Source: Perkinsus chesapeaki ATCC PRA-425
Lineage: Eukaryota > Protista > Perkinsozoa
Length of the DNA stretch: 64,000 bases
NCBI GenBank assembly: GCA_013115145.1
Contig: JAAPAO010000044.1
Span: 1 to 64,000, forward strand
Direction: 5' to 3'
Within the stretch, counting starts at the first letter, position 1. Each line of letters opens with the position of its first letter. The position numbers and the translations under genes were made by a program. The notes beneath the pieces are model-generated. The model worked only from the letters and a program-made list of their open reading frames with translations. It was not told where the DNA came from and ran no database searches. Positions 46,621-57,720 of the stretch are shown here, in pieces.

Positions 46621-47758
46621 TTAAAACACCAACTCAGCATCCTTCTTAACGTCATCGAAGGCAGTACCAGCAGCAGCGGGCTGCTCCTCGTTACCAACGG
46701 CCATAGCGAGAACGCCAGCTTCTGAACAAACGACAACAAACTGATAGAAAAAACGGTTTTCAGAGCACCTACCGCCGCCTTCCCTGGCTCTATCAGCCTT
46801 CTCCTTCTCCATCTTTTCCTTCTTCTTCTCGACAATCTTCTTAACTCTGATGATGAATGACAAATCGGAAATGATTGAGTCTGCCTTTCAATCTTACCTG
46901 AAGAACTCCTCACGCTCCTGCTCATCCATAGCCTGCTCGATGAATTTAATAATCTTCTCAATACGAGGGATGACGACATACTCCAAGGCATTCACACGAC
47001 GACTGGAAAAACATCACCATACTGGGAGGAGCAGGAGAAGAAGAAGCTTACGATGTCATCTTGATCTCCTCATCCAATGTGATGAAGGATGTTTGGAGAG
47101 AGGCCATCTTGACAAGCTGATAGAAAAACCGTAAAATAAATTACTGCAGGACCAAGGAGTTCTTACGAGTTCAAGGACCTCAGCGTGCTGCATTCTGCAG
47201 GTTTGAATAACTTGTCCACCTTGACCGGCACCAAGACTCATCATAGGGCCCTACAAAATAGCAGGCAGTAAGCGGCGGTAATGAAGAGGGAGGAGGAGTG
47301 AAGTTACATCTAGTGTGGAATCCCTTTGTAGCTCGAATGTTGGAAGGAATACACCGGCAACATTATCAGCGGAGACTTTCAAAGTGACACTAAAACAAGA
47401 TTAATAGAATAGGTTATTCTTCTAGTGTCTTTTTCTTACCTAGGCTTCTTGACTCGCTGAATAACAGTCTGAACGAAATCGCTATCACCGGCCCATCTAG
47501 CCTTAGCGATTGAGAAAGAGCAATCGGCCATGCTGTCACCAACTGCCTTCTTGGTCTGAGATAGTAACAAGTGAGCAGTAGTACTGGAGTCCGCTGGTTA
47601 TCGCTTACATCGACGATCTCCTTGAGCATCTGAGAGAATCTGCTCTTAAGGGCATCACGCTTCTTCTTAAGCAGACTGTGACCCTTCTTGGCACCGACAC
47701 CCTTGGCCTTAAAGGTCTGCAAGGTCATACGGTTCGCAGGGGGCATCTGCTGAGACAT
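46621..47758 (-). CDS. ATP6V1D: V-type proton ATPase V1 subunit D
   Basis: [72 protein letters not shown]. Confidence 0.95.
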
Positions 47759-48029
47759 CTTGAGAACTGGTTAAACCGGAAAAAACTTCTGATGAAAAAA
47801 TTTCATACACCCTGATTCAACCTTACTGGTATCTTGCACGGGTAACCTAAAGATACTTTCCTAAGTCCTGATAATTCTCTAGATCCATTTGAGCTGTAGC
47901 ACAAGAGCAAGTGCGCTTCAAACCAGGATTAAGCTCGCTACAGCGAATCTAATCACCACCAGTCGAATAGGGGACTATAACCAATCGACACAGAAATCAA
48001 ACGACAAAGTCGAGAGCAATAGATTCCAG

Positions 48030-48252
48030 TAGGCACTGTTCAGATAATTGGGCAAAATATCCAGGGTCAACATGTAAAGGTTCTGACACCTCTAGCCATG
48101 CGGGGCCCCAGAAGTTCCAAGGCCTCAGCGCAGAAAGCGCAGCAAAAGCCGTGAAGGAATTGCAAGATTTCGAGTGTTCAGCTTTCTGTCTTAGCCTGCC
48201 ATTATGAATGCACCCGGGTTCGAATCCCACCACCGGCATTTCATAGCTTTTT
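48030..48252 (+). ncRNA. Candidate Pol III-type structured RNA or tRNA-derived fragment
   Basis: B-box GGTTCGAATCC 48217-48227 in a tRNA 3'-half-like end (CCCACCACCGGCA, to 48238), T5 at 48248-48252, and a CGC-AGAAA-GCG hairpin flanked by CAG/AGCA at 48121-48150. No pairing tRNA 5' half found. Confidence 0.25.
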
Positions 48253-48751
48253 ATATTTAGATCACTTACTAGGCAACCGAGGGAAGAGTTGAGCTAAAAT
48301 GCCGAACGAAAGTGATACAGGGCAATCGGATAGGGGGACTTCGGCTCTCACAGCTCCGTCGCTTGAATCGAATATGCAGTCCGATTTTATATACGGCTTT
48401 TGGGTTCGTGAAAGGGTATCTTGAGGTTGATGCTAGGTTTATGAGTATGATGTTAGTTGTTTATGGTGAATAAGCCCCTATCGGGTACTGTCCTTAGAAT
48501 GAGTAACCTTAAGCTGCCATTAGCACCATCAGTATCAATCTTCAATGGTGGTCTAAGCACAGTAGCCACAACTACTCCTGGTTCACCTAGGAAATCTGGA
48601 GGCTCGTCACCTAGGAAAGGAGGATGTAACCAGCGATTCTGGCTTGGATAATTCATACCACATTTCCTCAGCATCGCCTCGTCGTAGGGCCGCTCCCGGT
48701 AAAGCCCCTGTTGTTGCGCCAGTGGCCGGATATGACCCCATTCACACTATA

Positions 48752-50364
48752 ATGGCCACCAAACCTGTGGCCTCTAAGTAGTCAACTTGCGGAGATTCTA
48801 GAAGATATTTTTGAGGTTAGATTGTCGCTAGATGAGCGAGTCGCCAAATGTATGGCTGTTGCAAATTACGGCGGTGAGATCATCCAAGAGGAAGAGGTTA
48901 GAAAGCTGTTCGGTAAAATATCTTTCCGTTTCAACCTTCTTTACGCATCTTCCTTAGAGGCTAAAGCCAATCCTATCTGCTACGATGGTTTCGAACCAAG
49001 CGGCCGGATGCACATTGCTCAGGGAATTCTCAAGGCCATCAATGTCAACAGGTATCGCTAAGGTTCGCACTCCGACCTCGAAAATATCTTTTAGGTTGAC
49101 CTCTGCCGGCTGCGTATTTGTTTTCTGGGTAGCTGACTGGTTTGGTCTGCTTAACAACAAAATGGGTGGCGATCTTGAAAAGATCAAGAAGGTGAAACGG
49201 AAAGATTCTTCGGAGGTTGATTGGATGCCTCCTGTCAGGTCGGCCAGTATTTTGTTGAAGTGTGGAAGGCCGCAGGTATGGACATGAGTAACGTCCGTTT
49301 CCTTCGGGCCAGCGAGGAAATCAACAAGGTAGCTTATTGGCTCCACCTACTTGACAAAATATAATCTATAGAACCCCCAAGACTACTGGCTACGTGTTAT
49401 GAACATAGCCCGAGCAAACAGCATTTCCAGAGTCAAGCGATGCGGTCAAATTATGGGACGCTCTGAGGGGGATGATCAACCTAGTGCTCAGATTCTGTAA
49501 GATATGATAGTTTTGTGGCGCGTGACGGTTATTTGTAAGGTACCCGTGTATGCAATGCAGCGATATATTCTATCTCCACGCTGATATCTGCCAGCTCGGT
49601 ATGGATCAGAGAAAGGTGAACATGCTAGCCAGAGAGTACATGGATAAGCCAGAGGCTTCTAAGGACAAACAAAGGATGTAGAGGGGGGAGGTCAAGTTGA
49701 CCTTGAAAGAATCTTTGCTGATTTAGGCAAGGCCGAAAGCCTATTATCGTGTCACACGCGATGGTCCCTGGTCTCTTGGAGGGACAGGAGAAGATGTCCA
49801 AGGTAAATTTCGTGGCGCGCGGTCATAAGTTATTTACTTGTTCACTCAGTCTAATCCTGACTCTGCTATTTTCATGGAGGACTCTGAGGCTGATGTTAAG
49901 CGCAAGATCAAGAAGGCCTACTGTCCTCCCAATCAGCTCGAGGGCAATCCTTGTGCCACCTACGTCAAGGTACCACAGGGATTCACCGAGACTCGGTGGT
50001 GAGGGTGGTGGTGTTGTTGTAGATGTTGGTGTTCCCTTATATGGGCAAGTTTGAGGTCCAAAGGAAGGAGGCTAATGGCGGTGATGTGTAAGTGGAGAGC
50101 TACGAGAATATTGGGTTACAAAATCTGACAGAACCTTCAAAACTGTTGAGGAGTTTGAGGAGGCCTACTCTCATGGTCAGCTACATCCTGGCGATCTTAA
50201 GGCAGCTCTTGCCAGGTAAAGGGGATGATGAATGCTTTATGATGATTATACCGCTTATCAGATGCCTTAATGAAATGATTGAACCTGTTCGTCGGCACTT
50301 CGAGACGGATCCCGAGGCTAAGGCATTACTTGCTGAGATTAAAACTTATAAGGTTACCAAGTAG
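48752..50364 (+). CDS. YARS: Tyrosyl-tRNA synthetase, cytosolic (archaeal/plant/alveolate type)
   Basis: CYDGFEPSGRMHIAQG (HIGH-like), FWVADWF, YPCMQCSDIF, CQLGMDQRKVNMLAREY, GLLEGQEKMSK (KMSKS), LHPGDLK. ATG 48752, TAG 50362-50364. Confidence 0.96.
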
Positions 50365-50905
50365 AGAGAGACGCACCAACAACTACTTTACGAAGTTTCT
50401 CGAGTTGATGATTTCAGTCGGTGGTCGAGTAGATCAATTGGAATGGGTGGGTATGGATCCTTAGGGGAGCAGTTGCAGGCGGGAGGGGGTATCCTGGCTA
50501 TATATGATAGTAGATGGCTTCGGAAGTACTTCCGCGTATAGAATGCAAATATGCCTCCTCGGATTGGCGTTTCGGACGAGCGTCAGGGAAAAGAGTAATA
50601 TAGGGTGATGAAATGGTCTCTTCTGGGACCTTGCAGTATGGATATATCTCCTATCAAAACTAGTATTATACCTGTGCGATAGGAACGTTTCTTGAGCCTC
50701 GCTCCTACAGTACCCGCCATCTGAAGACAGTTGAACTTTCAACGGGCCTCATGCATTCAATTTTCAGAGTTTTCACTTGAAGTTTCAAATATAAAGGTTT
50801 TGGGGTATGGTGAGTACATTAGTGGGGTGAATGAAACCGTTTCTAAAACAACGGTAGCTATTGGTAGTTGCTGTTGTTGTTGGTGTCCTCTTATGTCGCC
50901 AACTA

Positions 50906-53622
50906 ATGCCATACGGGAGTAAACTTTATGATGGTCATGATATAGATAGGATACGACGATCCAGTGTCAGCTCGCCGACTAGGGGATATGGTAGTCAATG
51001 GGGCAGTAGTCAAGTGTCAGTGAATCCTATTACAGGGGAAGTAAGGGGAGAGTGTATGGTATCATAATAATAAACCCTTATTAGATTGTCCGGTATGGAG
51101 AAGTGTCCCGTAGTGGCCCACTGAGCAGTCGGATATCATCTCGAGAGGCGCGCAGGGTAGGAAGCTGCGGCAATGGATATGTGGGGTTTTCGTAATAATA
51201 ATTATAAGTTTCCTTTGTTGTACATTACCCGAAGCTTCAGTATTATCGGGGCTATCGAAAAGAATTGAAAAATCGAAGTGGGAAAGTTTTGGGACCAGTT
51301 TACTTGATCAAATCTCGGATATCTGCGTTGGCGTTTTCGTGGGCAATGCCAAATTGGCATTGAGTGCCCTTTATTTATTTTCCTTGCCAGCTTCGGGAGG
51401 ATGAAAAGGCTACATCGAAGGAGCTGTACAGACGGGAGCTTCTCAGCCAAATAGCGGGCGGCAGCAAGCAGGATGCGTATAGGGATCATCCTAGCGGACT
51501 CCGTGCCTCACCGAAGCATCACCTGCCAGGGGCGTTTTTAAAATCCCGTTATGGCGTGCCTGGTGTGAAGGGACCGATGAGGAGGTATTTGGAGCGCTTG
51601 TTGCTGGATGGAGAGGAGGCGGCTGGGCCTGTGCCTCTAGGAAGAACGCCGAGTCGGCGGCGCCGGCGACGGTCTGTTGAAGGGGAGCAGTATTCTCCGG
51701 TGATGGTTGAGGAGCCGATAGTAGCAAGTATTAGGAGTTCTGGGGGAAGGGGCTCACCGAAGAAATGGAATGACAATGCAGATGAAGTCAGAAGGGTGTC
51801 ACCGAGTAGAAGATACGCTGCTGAGCTTGAAGCACAAGTGGCTGAAAAAAAGGAAAGGGAGAGACGGGAGAAGGAAAGAGAGGCAGTGCGGGATAGGATA
51901 TTGGAGGAAAGAATACGGAAGGATGCTGAGTAAGAAGTCAGGTAGTTGGAGTCATTGATAAAGGGCTTTACCCTACGGCGACTTGAGTGTTGAGTATAGA
52001 AAGGTTACTATCCTTCCTATGGGCTTTTTCCAGGAACCTATGTGCTGTGGAATTAAAGTGTGTATACTTCCACGGTAGGAAGTCTTGGCAACTCTAGAAG
52101 AACATATTCCCATGAGGCTGCATGATTTACTTCTATCCCGGCCGCGACCGTAATTGGCTTCTTTGATTCAGGCGTGATGCTTCAGGAGTGTCAAGCGGGA
52201 GGATTGCTGGACGTAGGATTGTTGGCGACCCATTCGAAGGCATTTCCGAGGTAACAGTCGAGCTGGAGCTGCTGCTTTGGTCGAATGGAATTAGTGGCAG
52301 AGCAACGTGGAGCATGTGTTACCTCCCGATACTAGTAGAAGTCGGGCAAGCAGCAAGAGACACCAACAGCGTCGTCATCTTATCGATATCGATGCGGAGT
52401 GGGCCGACTGGTACACCAAGCATCCGGAGATCAACAAGAGGAATGGTACTGAATAGGGAGATGAATTTTGGGGCGCGCGGGGAGATCTACAAGTGATCTC
52501 AGGTGACGGCAAGCCCAAAGAGAAAGTGGATAAGCCCGTCACGGTTGTTCGAGAGGGTGTTCCTCGTAGTGGTAGGAGTGCGGGAGACGAGGTTGTGTAT
52601 ATGAGAAGGGACGATGAAGCACAAACGAAGAGTGGTGTAGAGAACAACTGTAATGTAGCGGAGGACACTATAACGGGGCAGTTGGGGAACCGATGGCAGC
52701 AGAAGTTGCCAACGTTTAGAGAATTGGAAGGGCGGCGAAGCGAGTGGGCGATGGAAAGAGTTTGTGAAGATGATTGTGAGGAATTGGTTATGGATAGATT
52801 GAAGGATGAGATGGATATATTGAAGAAGGACATGGAGGTGTGTCTCGCTGGAAATCTTTCGGTAGTTCTGGAATATCAGGCAGCTAGTGTGATAGTCTTA
52901 TATTTCGGTTCGACTCGAAGAATTTAGAAATCTTTGGGGCCTTCGGTCAGCTTGGGAAATGGTGACGCCGTCACCAACGTACGAAGGGGAGTTCGTTGAG
53001 GGAGGGTCGGTTGTTACCGATCTGAATTGCTGTATTAGCTTACAGGATACGAAGGCCATATTAGGCGTCATTGTCGGGCGGGCCTGTATTGCGAACCTCA
53101 CAGGTGTGGGGAGGTCGACATCTGGCTTTATCGTACCAATACGGGGAGTTCGACTGATTGCCTTGGTATTTTCAGGCCAATCGGCGACGGCTGGATGAAG
53201 AGATATATCGAATAAACTCCTCGAGGCTGCTGCCATGTAGATCAGATCTTATCGAAAGATCCTCGCCGAGATGGTGTGGCATGACTAGGAGCGGTAGAGC
53301 GGATCAACACTCTGGGGAAGGGGAGGAGGAGGAAAGGTCTTTGGACTCGTGGAGTGATGGCGAGACAGTTGTTAATGACCGCGCGCCGTCAAATTGTGGG
53401 TCGAATGTTGGCCTGGAAGATACTATAGTGAGTGAGTCGGCCCCGGCAGATCTGGAGAACTCCCAATTCGAGGAGGTCGATGAAGCTGTCGAGGTCACTG
53501 ATGGGTTTGAAAAGTGGAATGAAGATGTGGGATCAGAGGGCGGAGGGAGGAGGGGTAGCAGGCAGATGAAGGTCCACTCGCCTGCTAAGTACTTTTCGCC
53601 GGACAAGATGGATGTATATTAG
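50906..53622 (+). CDS. Multi-exon charged coiled-coil hypothetical protein
   Basis: Exons such as YRRELLSQI and YAAELEAQVAEKKERERREKERE, plus low-complexity ORFs 52493-52927 and 53158-53622. May be one or two genes. Confidence 0.5.
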
Positions 53623-53759
53623 ATTGGAGCGTCATGTTCAATCATGACCTATGCATTCACGTTGCTTTTACAACTTGTGCTTCATTTGTGTTGGTGTGTT
53701 TTCAAACGGTAAGATTGTCGGATTTATTACACCTCATCAGCTATGTTCGAATGATCGTT

Positions 53760-56215
53760 CGATGTCGTCGGCCGCTGCTCTGTGGGCCGTCAGCATCACA
53801 GCGAGGGTTGGATGCCACTTCGGCTGTGATTCACTCGACAGGTGAGCTCGTGCGGATGTGTTTTGAGGGGGGTGGGGGTGGTATAAATAATGTGTTGGAC
53901 AGTAAATACAGATATAAGGCTCTCGTCGACATAAATTTTCATACTGCTATTTAAGTTGCCTTTATTTCTCGCCAAGTGTATTGCATATGGGACATCATCG
54001 CGGAGAGATGCCGAGATTTGTGGGAGGATCATCACTATCGCAATAGCTTTTTTCAACTTCTCATTCATGGATCTGACACATGCGTGCCGATCGATGTAAC
54101 AATTTCCTAAGAGTCTTTCGAAAATGGGCTGGATAGGTCGGGAAAGCGACATTCATCATGTACAATTTGCTCAAGCGTCGAAGTTGCCGTAATTCAGATG
54201 ATTCTGGCGGCACCTTCTCCACCGCATCTCGGTTTGCTGCCCTGCAACGAGCGTATGCTGACAACCATTCCGAGTGGATATATCAGCTCAACACTCGAAC
54301 ACCATATCATCTTTGGAAAGGACCAGGAGTTATATTTACCCCAACTGGCTTCCAGATGCGACTGCCGAGGTTCCAGGATTGGTAGGCTACGGTTATGCGC
54401 ATGCGTGCGAAAAGATACGCGTAGGTACTTTATGGAGGGTGAGAGTATCTTTGAGAATGGTAAAGAACTTGAAGTGGAAATTTCGGGAACAGGCGACCCG
54501 ACATGGTCTGTGAACAGGAGTAAGGTTTGCATCGCTCCGCTAGAGAGTGTTGCATGTTTTCGGATTTTTAGGTTACAAGGAGCGGTCGAGCGTTAACATC
54601 CTGGCAGCAACTAATGCCAATTCGAGGATGTTTTGGCTTTACATGAGTGCTGCCAAAGCCTTTAATATCGACGTTGGATCATCACAGCTAACACTTCCTA
54701 ATATGCGGCTTATACTGGGGCATCCGAAGACAGCTTTGAGGTCACTTGGGATAGTTGGGGCGCATGAAAAAGTCGGAGATCTCGGTATTGTGTGAGTTTT
54801 TGTGCTGATTGTGAGGTGTGCAGAACTCACAGAACCTGATTGGCACCATATTGCTCACGGAAAGGAATGGTCTTGGAAGCTTCGAGTTGTTGATTTGAGG
54901 GGTTTTGTGGATGATGGTTATTGACTATCTTTCTTAGGCTACTACAACCGGAGCTAGCTCATAAAGTTCGGCGAGTTTATTTTCACCATTTGGATGCTGG
55001 AGCGGTTAGTCGGCACAGGCCTGTAAATATGACATCGACTCTGATGAATACAGTATATGATGTTTTGAGGTGAGGACTCCTCACTGAGCCTCCTGGAGGC
55101 TCCTCACTGAGGAGGCGGGTTATTGATCATTTACGAACCCAGTCTTGGTAATGTTATTTTCGCTAATACCTGGTATCTCCTGGTGAGTGTTTTTCTTCTT
55201 ATTAACCCAAAAGTATATGCTTCATAGAAGCATGCGTTTACACACGGATGGGTAGCAACAGCAGCAGTGCCGAATGTCCCCTAGAACTGAAACGAATGCC
55301 CACTTTGAGCTGCCGCTCGGCCTATTGGTCTCTACAAAGGGAATTGTATGCGTCTGTTGGACATGGCCTATAGTGTGGTTTCATCAGAGCTTAGTGTTTG
55401 AACAACCTGTTTGATGTCGAGGTCTCGGAAGAATCGTGAGAATCATCGCCCTAAATCCAACTTCTAAGCTCTGCCAAACTCGAGCCATGGGGGGTGATAT
55501 GGTATCCTATTTAGGGAAGGCGAGGGTGAGTTCCATGTGGTGACCGATAATGAAGGATTTATGCACAAAATAGTGGCGATAATGCACGAGAAAAGGTCGG
55601 CTAGGGTGGCGGTCTGCCTTGAGGCAAATGACCGAAGGGTTCCTATACCACTCGCTGCTCTGTGCTCTCGGCCAGAGATGCTCTTGTGTCTGAGTTGATG
55701 TAGTCTATTGCACTCTTTTTCCTGTGTTTCAGTGACAAGTTTGAAGCAGGATATGAGTATCCATTTTACGGTGCAACGGAAAAGGACACTCGGAGGCTGC
55801 CGGAGACTTGTGAGTGGATTTTAGGGGACAGTTTGTGTGTAATTCTGTGTAATAGGATTTAGGCATGTACAATGTGTTAATTCTGATCGATAGTTATAGT
55901 GAAATGGTCGATCGATATCAACTGTGTGTATACGGTATACCATTGAACTTTGAGATCTCAAACCACCCTACGGTAACCTGAATAGTATTCGGCCACACAG
56001 TAGAAGTGTCAGGTCCACAATACTTAACGAGAAGTGTTTACTCTGGTGGGTTGCCAGGACTCATGCCCGAGAATGAAAAGCGAGCTCGAACTGAATCTAG
56101 AAGATATCTTCTGGATGCGGAGATAATTATAGACAGAGGCAGCGATAAAGGGAAGGTTAGACTGTGGAAGGATAAGGAGGATGCAGTGGATGTTTATAAA
56201 GGGAATCAAAGGTAG
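53760..56215 (+). CDS. Multi-exon hypothetical protein
   Basis: Protein-like exons separated by 40-70 nt GT..AG introns (e.g. intron 55070-55142 between ...NTVYDVL and SLGNVIFANT). Ends tentative. Confidence 0.45.
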
Positions 56216-57126
56216 TAGAGTTACGGCGGATGATGAACGTGAAATAAATTCCATGAAATATCATTCAGTGAAACCCGAATTTTATTGGAATTCGGCGCCG
56301 GGAGGTTTCGGTGTTATTTTTATCCTTCTGGACGGAATTTTCGGAGATAGGAAATTTTAGTGGTTCTCGAATGTCGATAAAATATTGGTACTCTGACGGG
56401 CCTCACTTTGTTGAGGGTTAGTTGTCAGTTCGAGATGGGGAGACAATTCTTTGTGTTGGGGTGACGCGCCGCCGCTCCATGGGAAACCTGCGTTTGGTCG
56501 TCTGTTGGTCCCGGATGGGGGGCATGCTTGGGTTACTTAGCGGAATGTGAGCGCGGGCAGACCGATTGCGTTGGGCGCTTCACCAGACGGATCCCAAAGT
56601 GTCGCTTTTTTCGTATTTAATTTTTACTGGTGCTGCGCCACTGGCGCAGGTTGTGATTCGCGGGAAGGCGTTCAAGTTGGTATTCTCGCGCGCCAGGAAA
56701 TGTTAAAGTTTCTTAGAGTTGGGATATGGGGTGATAGAAGTCCTGAAATAAGTAGAATTACGACGATGACCTCGGCACTAGAGTTGTGAATTCTTCCGGG
56801 TGCGCAAAGATATGGTTTTAAGGTATCACGCTGTTTGGTTGAAGCGGGTGAATCATTTACCAAATTGGAGATGGACAGGTTGGACCGTTAAGCTAGGCAA
56901 CGAACGTCGACAGTTGTTGGAAGGCAAACAGACCGCGCTTGATCGGAAGCTGGCGAGATTGAGAATTGAGAATGGTCGGGCTGATAAAGCCTAAGACTCA
57001 TGCATGTTTCTTGAGATGGTTTCTGTGGATGATGTGATGCGTTATGATTGTGTTATTATGCTTGATTCATTTGTTAATAGGATTGTCGCCTCCTGTTTTG
57101 GTGCAGTTTATCATCATCTTGTTATT

Positions 57127-57660
57127 ATGGGGTTCCTGGACGCCTACACACCAATACCCTTTGAGAAGGCCAGGAAGGTTCATGAAGTAAGTGTCCTGGG
57201 GGTTAACTTGGAATGTTATATCAAATACGAATAGTCCAACAATCGACCTTTGGAGGTCAAAACTAATCTTCGTAATTTGCCTCCGTTGAATGGGATCTAT
57301 GCAACTTGTTGTATGTCATATATAAAATGATAATGAGGGCTCAGTTTGCTATTTGTTTGGTACTGCTGCTGCTGTTGCTCAGATGGAGATTCTCGGTGCC
57401 TGGTTCGATCAGAGGTTGTAGGTTGGTTATTGTATATGGTGTGTTAGGTGGTTAAAAGTTCAGCAATCGAGCAGCTTATCAACAACTGGCAGAGATCAAA
57501 GCAATGGACTAAGCCGTTGTGTAAACTGAAATGGGGAGATGAGGTGCCGATGGGAGGAATTGAACCTGGGTCGTCAGTAGGGAAGAACATTACTTCTCGA
57601 TAGAGCCTCCTTGCTTATTCAAATAAGCTTCATTCTTTGTACTATCTCCATTTGACTATA

Positions 57661-57720
<60 letters not shown>

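Noticed and set aside
47891-47945. GCTGTAGC/GCTACAGC stem enclosing CTTCAAA, suggesting tRNA-Sec
   Set aside because: The bases flanking the UCA loop do not form an anticodon stem, and there is no T arm or long variable arm.
48453-48674. Short minus-strand ORF with a repeated FLG(D/E)P between V-ATPase D and TyrRS
   Set aside because: No recognisable family and no convincing splice model, so it cannot be supported as a gene.
56455-56612. GC-rich stretch ending in T6 as RNase P/MRP or snRNA
   Set aside because: GGGAAACCTG only loosely fits the conserved region I motif, and no matching P4 3' strand or region V motif is in the right place.
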